A stretch of DNA of 59,968 nt from Thermoprotei archaeon. GTDB taxonomy: Archaea > Thermoproteota > Thermoprotei > Thermoproteales > B15-G16. Made by a program: the position numbers and the translations under genes. Every line of letters begins with the position of its first letter. Within the stretch, counting starts at the first letter, position 1. Shown here piece after piece: positions 39,601-48,878 of the stretch. The notes beneath the pieces are model-generated. The model was not told the DNA's origin and searched no databases. It was given only the letters and a program-made list of their open reading frames with translations. The stretch covers positions 1 to 59,968 of the forward strand of contig QMRC01000011.1 of assembly GCA_003649205.1 (NCBI GenBank). The letters are read 5' to 3'.

Positions 39601-42600
39601 CCTCTAATACTTGTTTCAAGTGATCACATAGTTGATAAGGTTAAGAGAGGTGATAAGGTCTTTCAATGTTTGTTTCTGCTCCCTGGGCGTACATTGAGTA
39701 CTTCGGCTTCGGTTACCACACTTTCAATGTTTGTTTCACCGAGCTGATGTGTCAGTGGATTAAGGAAAATCTGTGAGATTTTTCTCTTTCAATGTTTGTT
39801 TCGATGCTGCAGCTGTTCGTGGAGACGGAGATGTTCGGTACAGTGGCTTTCAATGTTTGTTTCGCACGTGTACTTCCACATCACTCAGGAGTACATACTC
39901 GACCCACACAGTCTTTCAATGTTTGTTTCTCTACGTGAACCCACCTTAATCTTCTCCTTTTTCTCACTCATTCGGGGCTTTCAATGTTTGTTTCTGTAAA
40001 GGACCTAATACACACTTTCAGCCAACACAGCAGGAGGCTTTCAATGTTTGTTTCGATAGTAGCAATGCTGAGAGAAGGCTACAGTCCAAGCACAATCTTT
40101 CAATGTTTGTTTCGGCTCGTACTAGAGTACCTCATGTATGAGGGAACAGGAACAACACTCTTTCAATGTTTGTTTCTAGGCCACCCATTTGATGACCTAG
40201 AGAAGCTAGTTAGAGAATTCCTGCTTTCAATGTTTGTTTCGGAACAAACAAAGTTCTATGATGGAATTTCCGAGGAAATCAAGCTTTCAATGTTTGTTTC
40301 GGTAGAAGGTGATGGCTTTGTCAATACGTGAATCTAAAGTCACTTTCAATGTTTGTTTCTACGTATGCCCACGTTGTTTAGCAGAGCTCCAGTACGCAGG
40401 TCTTTCAATGTTTGTTTCACTAGGAGAATTAGGTACTGGGTCTTCAGGGCCATTGGCTGGATACCTTTCAATGTTTGTTTCTTTGCTTTACGGAAAAGTA
40501 TACACTGCAATAAAAGGACATATGATAATCTTTCCAGCTTTCAATGTTTGTTTCCCTGTTACAAAGACACTCAGAGAACATTTGAAGTTACCTCTTTCAA
40601 TGTTTGTTTCACTACAATGGCTGTGAGCCGCAGAGGACGTACATTGAACTTTCAATGTTTGCTTTCAATGTTTGTTTCGTTGCACGCGTTAATAAACAAG
40701 TGCCTTCTTGAGTTGTGCTTTCAATGTTTGTTTCGAGAGGTCTCTCAATACTTGTTGGTCTTCACAGGGATTATCGCTTTCAATGTTTGTTTCGGATTCT
40801 AGGATTAGGTTATATAACATGGACTGTGTTATCTTTCAATGTTTGTTTCAAGCAAATCAATGAGTTGCTGAGTGAGCTTAGGGAGCTCTTTCAATGTTTG
40901 TTTCCAGAGGAGAAAAAAGAGAAGAAAAAGAAAGTAATTGACCTTCACTTTCAATGTTTGTTTCAGCTCATAAAGTTCTTGTGTGGTTGCTAACTAAGGT
41001 AACTCCCTTTCAATGTTTGTTTCACTTCATTGCCCTAGTGAGGTTGTTCATGGAATTGCAATGGCTCTTTCAATGTTTGTTTCAACATGAAGTTGCGATT
41101 TTGAGAGATGGAAAGGTTATAGATCCTTTCAATGTTTGTTTCCAAGCTAAAGAATTAGTCAAAGAAAAAGAGCTAACAGTGATCTTCACTTTCAATGTTT
41201 GTTTCATTTGGGCGACCAACTGATTTACATTGTTCCTGAGAGACCCTTTCAATGTTTGTTTCGAGAAACTCAGACTTAGTAGGCTCGTAGTGGCTCACAC
41301 TTTCACCCTTTCAATGTTTGTTTCAAAAGAAAGGGATGCAAATAATAATTCACACCGAAATTGATTGCGGCTTTCAATGTTTGTTTCACAGGAAGTTATA
41401 CATTGCCGAAAGAGGGCATATGTTGATTCTTTCAATGTTTGTTTCAGGAACTGGGTGCTATTCGAGTGATGTCTGCTAGGCTCAAACTACCTGTTCTTTC
41501 AATGTTTGTTTCTCAGTAAGTACGGTAGAGGTGTACAGTGTACACCATTAATCATCTTTCAATGTTTGTTTCACGCAGTTCTGAGGCTACTGAGAGACCT
41601 AATGAAGTACGTCTTTCAATGTTTGTTTCACTAGCGTTTTTAACTGACAAGATAGTAAAGCTAGAAGACAAAGTCTTTCAATGTTTGTTTCTAAACTACC
41701 TACGAAAACTTTTCTCGTGAAGAAAATAGCTTTCAATGTTTGTTTCCAGTAGTTGATAAGTTGCGTAGAGTAACAACAGAATTACTAACTTTCAATGTTT
41801 GTTTCACAGGCTTGTTGAGGAATATAGAGGTGAGGTGTACGAGTTCTTTCAATGTTTGTTTCGACTTATCTCTAACCTGTCTATCTCTGTGTCTGTTAGT
41901 CCTCTTTCCTTCTTTCAATGTTTGTTTCGGTGCTTTCATTGCTGGTGTGGGTAGGGAGTACCTATTCCTCTTTCAATGTTTGTTTCACCCAAGTGAGTTT
42001 ACTGATGCAGTGAGGAAGCTAGCTGTGGTCTTTCAATGTTTGTTTCGTACAGGATCCTAAAGCGTTACGAAAGTGACCAGGAGTTTACTTTCAATGTTTG
42101 TTTCTAGGGACTTGATAGCGATTACGACACTTGCGCTACTGTTAATCCTTTCAATGTTTGTTTCGATATACTGTTAGCGACACGATGTTTGCTATGTTCC
42201 TCAAAATGTGCTTTCAATGTTTGTTTCAAGGAAGCTACGCTACAAGGCATTAAGTCACAGGTAGATACTTTCAATGTTTGTTTCGAACAGCAGGTTAAGC
42301 TACTCGAAGAACTCAGGAGAAGAGACTTTCAATGTTTGTTTCAGAAGTACCCAGAGAGAGAGGAGGAAGAAAAAGAGTCCTCATGGTACTTTCAATGTTT
42401 GTTTCAAATATCCAACAACAAGAGACGAGGAAGAACAGGAAGGGCTCTTTCAATGTTTGTTTCAACCAATGAGGGTTACAGTGGTTTACGAGTACGGGTG
42501 CAGTAACCTTTCAATGTTTGTTTCCAGAAGTACCGAGCAGACATCATAGTACCTGTACTACCACTATCAACTTTCAATGTTTGTTTCAAGTCTCATAAGA

Positions 42601-43540
42601 GTACGAAACGAATTGTCCTCAAAATTCGTCTTTCAATGTTTGTTTCGAGAAAATTGTAGTTCTGCTCACTTCACTACTTCTTACCTTAACTTTCAATGTT
42701 TGTTTCACGGAAGCTCTAGCTGATGTCCCTGTTGCAGTGTATCAAGACGGTACTTTCAATGTTTGTTTCTTTGCTTTACGAGAGGTGAGTAGACGTGAGG
42801 TACAGGGAATTACTTTCTTCACTCATGCTTTCAATGTTTGTTTCAAGAGATAGAGAGGGAACTAAAGAACATCGAAGACATGACCTTACCAAGCTTTCAA
42901 TGTTTGTTTCAATTCATCATAGGTGTCGAAATCTACAAACGTAACTTGTACTTTCAATGTTTGTTTCCATGAGTTGCTTCACCTAGTGTTTGCAGAGAAA
43001 CAGAAACGTCTTTCAATGTTTGTTTCGCGTGAACTCCTAGCTAAGTGTCTAGAAGAATTGAAAGCTAACTTTCAATGTTTGTTTCACGAGCTTTTTTCAT
43101 ACATCTCTAACCTCATTTCCAAGTCTCGTTCTCCTTTCAATGTTTGTTTCTTGAACCAGCCAAGGAATTTCGAATAATAGAATATACGAATTTGGTACCT
43201 TTCAATGTTTGTTTCATTCAGTTCTACGTACTCAGCACAGAGCAAGTAATCAGAATCTTTCAATGTTTGTTTCGGGTAGACAGTAATGGTGGAACAGACA
43301 TTGATTACGCTATTAGGGTCTTTCAATGTTTGTTTCGTCGGTACGGTTCCTGTCGTGATTACTCACGTATATGTCCTCGATGTGGTTCTTTCAATGTTTG
43401 TTTCACTCGACAACGGTACGGAAATCAAAGAGCTGAACTATGAGGTAAAGGGTAACTTTCAATGTTTGTTTCTTTGCTTTAAGCAATACAAATAGCAACA
43501 ACATACAGAGACACTTAAATACACTTTCAATGTTTGTTTC
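39601..43540 (-). CRISPR. CRISPR array, 17-bp repeat CTTTCAATGTTTGTTTC (crRNA sense GAAACAAACATTGAAAG), about 64 exact repeats
   Basis: exact repeats counted by eye from 39660 to 43524-43540; unique spacers mostly 38-51 nt; degenerate terminal repeat CCTCTAATACTTGTTTC at 39601; ATTGAAAG 3' end on the minus strand. Confidence 0.95.
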
Positions 43541-43760
43541 TTTGCTTTTGTTCATGACTGGTTCCTGTGTCTATGTTGTTTAACTGGTTAATTTTTGTTG
43601 CTTTTTGTTGTTTTGCTGATGTTATTCATTTGCTCTTTATCAAATGTGCTTCTGCCCAGTATGTCCTATATTTAAACCTTACCTATTGTCCCTGTGATGG
43701 TTCGGGTATATAAGGTTAACTCTATTTTGTGTGTTGCTTTCTGTGTCTTGGGTAAGTTTC
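43541..43760 (-). promoter_or_regulatory. CRISPR leader
   Basis: non-coding AT-rich stretch next to the intact end of the array, opposite the degenerate repeat; minus-strand TTTAAATA (about 43670) and TTATATA (about 43708) boxes. Confidence 0.7.
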
Positions 43761-43773
43761 TTTACTGTGTTGT

Positions 43774-44265
43774 GTGTTGTTTTCTTTGGTGTTTTGTGTG
43801 GTTGAGTTGTCTGCTGATTTCATTGTTGGGTTGTTTGAGAGGGATGTTAGGGCTCGTCGTAGGTTGGTTGAGCTTCTTGTTTCTGAACCTGAGATTAGGT
43901 TAGCTATTGTTAATGCTGTTCTTAGGGAGGTTGCTCTGAAGTCTGATATTGAGGGTTTGGGAGGGGAACTTCGTGAGGAGTTGGAGAAATTGAGGAGAGA
44001 GTTTAGGGAGGAGTTTAAGGGGGTTAGGAGGGAATTTCGTGAGGGGCTTGAGAAGGTGAGGCTTGAGCTTAGGGATTACGTTAATTTGAGGATTGGTGAG
44101 GTTGGGGATTACTTGGTTAAGTACATTGATGGTAGGGTTGCTGATCTTCATAGGAGAATTGATGATCTTGGTAGGTGGTTGAGGGCTACGTTAGTTGCTG
44201 TATTGCTAACCCTTATCTCTACAGTGCTCTCACCACTTGTGCTGAAGATCCTCGGTATTCTATGA
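43774..44265 (+). CDS. coiled-coil protein with C-terminal TM (paralog family, distant copy 3)
   Basis: IRLAIVNAVLREVALKSDIE matches VRVAILRAIVREAATKEDIE of 25190-25672; true start probably near 43798. Confidence 0.7.
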   Translation: MLFSLVFCVVELSADFIVGLFERDVRARRRLVELLVSEPEIRLAIVNAVLREVALKSDIEGLGGELREELEKLRREFREEFKGVRREFREGLEKVRLELRDYVNLRIGEVGDYLVKYIDGRVADLHRRIDDLGRWLRATLVAVLLTLISTVLSPLVLKILGIL

Positions 44266-44281
44266 GCTCTAGCACATTTCT

Positions 44282-45064
44282 TCACTGAAGTAATTGCTTG
44301 AGAGGTTTCTCAAGTTCACTAGCTATGTACTTCCTATACCTATGGATTAGTTTAAAGAGTCTTACAGGTCCTTGCTCAGCTGCTACCTTTAGTAGAGATC
44401 TCTTTGCTTCTTTCCTTAGGTGTTTTAGGGGTACTTGCTGACCTGCTATGGCTCTCTCTATTGCTTTACTAGCTTCCTCTGTTAGCTTCTCAATGTATTT
44501 TCTCAAGTCGCTCTTTACTACTTGTGCCTTTTTCAGTGCTTCCAATATCCTGTACTCTATTGTGTGTGGTATTGTGTGGAGTATTAGCTGTATCTTGGTT
44601 CTCTTACTTTCTCCTTGTCTTTCACGTGGGTTGTACCTAATACCTAGCTCATTTAGTAGTTTCTCGAGACCTAGCTCTCTATCAAGTACGTCCATTTCAT
44701 CGATTAGGAGGTGTAGTTTTGTAGGTTTCAAATTGTGTGGTAGTTCCTTAATCATGCTGGTGTGACACCAGGTGTAGGGTCTTCCCACGTACATGCCTCT
44801 CTCTATAGCTATTACGTAGTCCTTCGCGATGGTGAGTACTCTAGTTGCTCCACCGTAAGCCTCCATGTAGATTGGATCTCTGTCTCTAGCCTCTACGAGC
44901 ACTCCGTGACATAGAATTCCGTGTCGGAGCTTACCCTCACTTATGTAAGCTATTCTCACGGTGTTTTATTTGCTGTGTTTCGGATCTACTATGCTTTCTT
45001 CTAGTGTGTAGAGTGTTAGTAGGTCTTCTACTAGGACTATCTTCGTTATTTCTCCTATCCTCAT
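44282..45064 (-). pseudogene. ATPase-partner protein (possible TOPRIM-like) with in-frame TAA
   Basis: RBS GGTGAG + ATG 45064 gives MRIGEITKIVLVED...KHSK*NTVRIAY, in frame with ORF 44282-44959; stop at 44966-44968. Confidence 0.6.
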
Positions 45065-45090
45065 GTACTCTCACCTTGTCTCATCCTTGA

Positions 45091-46111
45091 CTAGGCAAAT
45101 TGTCTTAGATCGGCTTGTACTGTGTATACTAGCTCTGTAGCTTCGTGTATAGGTACGGTATCTACAATTACCTCGCTGTTTCTTCTACATACCCTATGTA
45201 CTGCACCTGGTAGGTTCTCTTGCTCAGTCACCCCCAGTAGCTTATTCAGTAGCTCTATGCTATGTGTTGTGATGATTAGCTGTCTACTTCCTCCCTTTAA
45301 CCAATTTGTTAGTCTGCTCAGTATCTTGTCTTGTAGTGCTGGGTGGGTGTGGTTTTCTGGTTCTTCGAGTATTACTATGTCTTGTGCTGATGCTACTGCT
45401 ATCTCCACTCCTACTAGTACCTTGTATCCATCACCGAGGAGTGAGATTGGTACGGGTTTCCTCGCCCCTCTTCTGTATGCCATTAATTTTGGTTCTCCCT
45501 TCCTCACCTCAAGCTCTATTCTCTCAATGTACTTACCTGTATCTTCCTCTAGGTACTCATTGATTATCTTCGACGTTCCCAAGCTAATACTTCTATTGTA
45601 TAGTTGCTCCAATCTACTTCCTAGTGCTACGGTCTCCCAGCTTGAAATCATTAGGCTTGATGTAGCTACTTCACCTCGTGACCTAGTCAACTTCTTTATT
45701 CTAAAGCTTATTTCTTCTCCATGTTCTCTTCTCACTACTTCGTACTCACAGGTATTGGAATTGAGTTTTGTTCTTACCTTCACCTTACCTTCTTCTCTGC
45801 GTAACCTGACTTCGGTGATCTTACCTTCGCTTAGCTTCGCTACTAATCTACATGTCTGTGCTCCTACATGTATTAGGTACTCGTGTGCATCGTAGTATAG
45901 TGGTCTTCTCCTGTGTATTAGGTAGTGGAGGACGTTATCGCCTAGTGCTGATTTTAGGCTATTTGCTGTTGCTGCTAGGTATAGTGCTTCCGCTATGGAT
46001 GATTTTTCCTGTACTGTTTGGTCCTACTATGATGTTTATTCCTGGTTCGAGTTTTAGTGCTAGGTCTCTTATCCCTCTGAAGTTCTCAATACTGAGTTCC
46101 TTAACGTACAT
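45091..46111 (-). pseudogene. ABC/AAA (AAA_15/AAA_21-type) ATPase frameshifted in Walker A
   Basis: MYVKELSIENFRGIR...VGPNSTGK; removing one base from T5 at 46003-46007 restores GKSSIAEAL; downstream LGDG, ILEEPENHTHP, IITTHS. Confidence 0.85.
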
Positions 46112-46158
46112 TTGCTTTCACCTATGTCTCTGCTCATTACTATCCTCTGCTTTCTCCT

Positions 46159-47214
46159 CTATTTTGCCTTTGCTGTTTCCTCCTGTAGTCTCTTGATTAG
46201 TACGTAGAGGTTGTGTAGTGTTAGGTCTCTTGTGTTTTGTCTTAGTGTTTCTGGTGTGTGTCTTCTACATATTGGGCATTTGCAGGGTAGTTTCTCTAGT
46301 TGTGTTAGCTTGACTCTTCGGTAGGTTTGTGGTGTGTAGTATAGTCTCTTTGCTGCGCATATTATGAATGTCTTTGCGTCCATAGTATTTACTCCTGCTC
46401 TGAGTAGTACTGGTATTGTTGTTGGTCCTGTTGTTCCTAGGACGTGTATGAGCTTGTCTTCACCGTAGTTTGACCTCAGTGTTTTTGTTATTGTTGTGAG
46501 TAGTTTTCTTAGTCGTTCTCTACTATGGACTATTGGTACTAGTGATCCTATGGTGTATCCAGGTACGTCACCTACATCCATACCTGCTACCTGTCTCAGC
46601 TCTTGTCTTAGGTACTTTAGGTAGAGTTCCAGTGTTTCTCTATTGACTGCGTGTACTGGTGCTAGGATCACCATGTACTTGTCTCTCTTCCTGTGGTAGG
46701 CTTGTGCTGTGTTCCTTGCTGTTGCTCTCAATCTCTTCTCTATCTCAGCTAGGTGTGTTATTGGGTTGTCGTGTAGTTCTCTTGAGAGGGGGTAGTCTAG
46801 TGGTATTGCTAGGTCTGCTCTAATTGCTTCCTGCGTTCTCAGGATTAGTTCCTGTGGTGTCTCATCTTCTAGCTTGAGGTCTATTGGTGGGTCTGGTACT
46901 TGTCTTCTCTTTGATGCTAGTTTCCTATGGGTGTCCTGTATGAGTAAGTATCCTCCTGAATCTGCTAGTACTATGAGCTTCTCGTATCTCCAGTACCTGT
47001 GTAGTCCCCCTACTCTAGCTATTTCCTGAAGTAGGTTTGGTCTCTTGAGTATGAAGTACGTATTCACCATTACTGTCTCGATTCTTGGGTAGTCTGGGTA
47101 CTTGAGGTGTATTTCCCAGTATGGTGGTGTGTTTCCTCCTGCTCCTATGTTGTGTACTGGGAAGATTGCTGGTGTCTCTAGTACTGAGTACCTCGTCCTC
47201 AATCTCAATCTCAT
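46159..47214 (-). CDS. tRNA-guanine transglycosylase (TGT/DpdA) family protein
   Basis: PAIFPV, MVNTY, ADSGGY, LDYP, IGSLVP, IHVLG, TMDA, CKCPIC..HN zinc site; no PUA domain. Confidence 0.85.
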   Translation of the reverse strand: MRLRLRTRYSVLETPAIFPVHNIGAGGNTPPYWEIHLKYPDYPRIETVMVNTYFILKRPNLLQEIARVGGLHRYWRYEKLIVLADSGGYLLIQDTHRKLASKRRQVPDPPIDLKLEDETPQELILRTQEAIRADLAIPLDYPLSRELHDNPITHLAEIEKRLRATARNTAQAYHRKRDKYMVILAPVHAVNRETLELYLKYLRQELRQVAGMDVGDVPGYTIGSLVPIVHSRERLRKLLTTITKTLRSNYGEDKLIHVLGTTGPTTIPVLLRAGVNTMDAKTFIICAAKRLYYTPQTYRRVKLTQLEKLPCKCPICRRHTPETLRQNTRDLTLHNLYVLIKRLQEETAKAK

Positions 47215-47285
47215 TCACTAGTATTGTGCTCTACGTGGGATAAAACAGTCAGCTATGGTTGAGTACGTTTATAGGTTGAGATCTC

Positions 47286-47636
47286 ATGTCTATACTTGGT
47301 GGATTTATCTTGAGTGAGGAACGTAAGAGTTGGAGGAATAGGTACGTTAGGTTTTTGGGTAAGGAGTGGAGATTACCCATACTCATAGAATTCCTCATTG
47401 GTATCTTCCTGTTCATACTTGGTATCATGATCTTCCTTCTGTTTAGTCCTGAAGTACTTGATATCGTTGGTATGCTCATATCTATGGTTGGTATTCTAAT
47501 TTCCCTAAATAGTGCTACCAGAGGTGATGTTGATGAGGTACATAGGACTTTACTCAGAGTTGAGGAGAGATTGAGAGCTATTGAGGATTTATTGAAGGAG
47601 TTAATTGAGGAGGTTCATAGGTTGAGGAGATCTTAG
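47286..47636 (+). CDS. small two-TM membrane protein with coiled-coil tail
   Basis: two hydrophobic helices then heptad repeats. Confidence 0.6.
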   Translation: MSILGGFILSEERKSWRNRYVRFLGKEWRLPILIEFLIGIFLFILGIMIFLLFSPEVLDIVGMLISMVGILISLNSATRGDVDEVHRTLLRVEERLRAIEDLLKELIEEVHRLRRS

Positions 47637-47694
47637 GTACTTCACCTTGTTTTGTGGGTAAAGTAAATTACTTGGTCTTTGATACTTTGTTTGA

Positions 47695-48045
47695 ATGGTG
47701 ATTACTGTGAGTAGGTACCTCGAAGTTCTCAAGAAGGTTGCTGAGCTGTATAGGGGTGGTAAGTTCGATGTTGTTGCTGCTTATGCTGGTAGGTGGGCTA
47801 TTGAGGAGCTTCTCAATGACTTTAGGACTTATCTCGAGGGTCATGCACTGAGTTCTAGTACTGTTAGGTCTTATGTCTGTCTTCTCCGTACATACCTCAT
47901 TGGTAGGGATGTAGGTGCTGGTAGTGAGTCTAAGCTTCGTACTGCTCTAGCTACACTCAATGAGTTTCTCCGTAGTAAGGGTATTGAGAATCCTAGTGAT
48001 TTAGTGGAGACTGTTGCTGATGCTCTAGCAGATTACTTTGCGTAG
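47695..48045 (+). CDS. protein resembling a tyrosine-integrase N-terminal SAM-like domain
   Basis: FRTYLEGHALSSSTVRSYVCLLRTYL...ALATLNEFL; no catalytic domain. Confidence 0.55.
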   Translation: MVITVSRYLEVLKKVAELYRGGKFDVVAAYAGRWAIEELLNDFRTYLEGHALSSSTVRSYVCLLRTYLIGRDVGAGSESKLRTALATLNEFLRSKGIENPSDLVETVADALADYFA

Positions 48046-48816
48046 CTAGGTTACGAGTCTCTTAATCCACTTCCTCAATGTTAATTCACCTGTTTTTGTA
48101 TCTCTTACCAGTACTCCTCTCTGCTCCAGCATCTCTATGTACTTATCACTTAGTTGTTCCCACTTACCTAGTTCTGGTACTAACTGTATTGGTACTGTAG
48201 GTAGCTCGATTACCTCCTTCATGAGTTCGTGTATGTAGTAGACCTTGTCTATTCCTGCTAGACAGGCATAGAGGTAGAGCACTGCTGTTTCTGGTTTGAA
48301 TCCACCTGTTGCATTGAGTAGTACTCTGTAGCCTGCTCTCCTCAGTTGAGGGATGGCTGTGGTTAGTATGTCTAGTAGGTTGTGAATACCCTCCTCGAAG
48401 TCTATACCTAGTTTCTGAACTCTAGTAGCTTCGACATACGGTATGTTCCTTATCTGTCTTAGGTAGTGCTCCAGTATCTTTGCACAGAAGTAGCATGTTC
48501 CGCTATCTGTTGTGATTAGGAGTACGTACTCTACCCTACCTTTTGCTAGGTAGTTCCACATTGCATTTAGCTCTGCGCTGTACTTTCTGGGGTTTTGTGT
48601 GAGTACTTCATATGCTCTCTTGAATTCTGTTGTTCCTGGTGATGCCTTGTTACCTGCTTCTACGTCATCTGGTGAGTTGGGTAGTGATCGTGACCATCGT
48701 ACATATGGTTCACCTAGTTCCTGAGCTATGTTCCTTACAATGCTCGTACCTACTGTAACTACGTGTGCTTCAGCACCTACTCTACTAGCTCTAGGAGGTA
48801 TGTGGGGATATGCCAA
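48046..48816 (-). CDS. APE2256/SSO1393-family CARF protein (ring-nuclease-like), second copy
   Basis: VTVGTSI, SAELNA, TTDS, LNATGGFKPE, YYIHE..VIELP. Confidence 0.85.
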   Translation of the reverse strand: MAYPHIPPRASRVGAEAHVVTVGTSIVRNIAQELGEPYVRWSRSLPNSPDDVEAGNKASPGTTEFKRAYEVLTQNPRKYSAELNAMWNYLAKGRVEYVLLITTDSGTCYFCAKILEHYLRQIRNIPYVEATRVQKLGIDFEEGIHNLLDILTTAIPQLRRAGYRVLLNATGGFKPETAVLYLYACLAGIDKVYYIHELMKEVIELPTVPIQLVPELGKWEQLSDKYIEMLEQRGVLVRDTKTGELTLRKWIKRLVT

Positions 48817-48878
48817 GGTTCTTCACCCACTACTTAAGTTACTGTGTGTTTCTTGTCAGTGAACCCAATGCTGGTGCT

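Noticed and set aside
39796-43495. Many short ORFs with repeated LSMFVS / FNVCF / FQCLF
   Set aside because: Translations of the CRISPR repeat in three frames, not proteins
45122-46196. + strand ORFs of 257 and 114 aa
   Set aside because: Antisense shadows of the frameshifted ATPase
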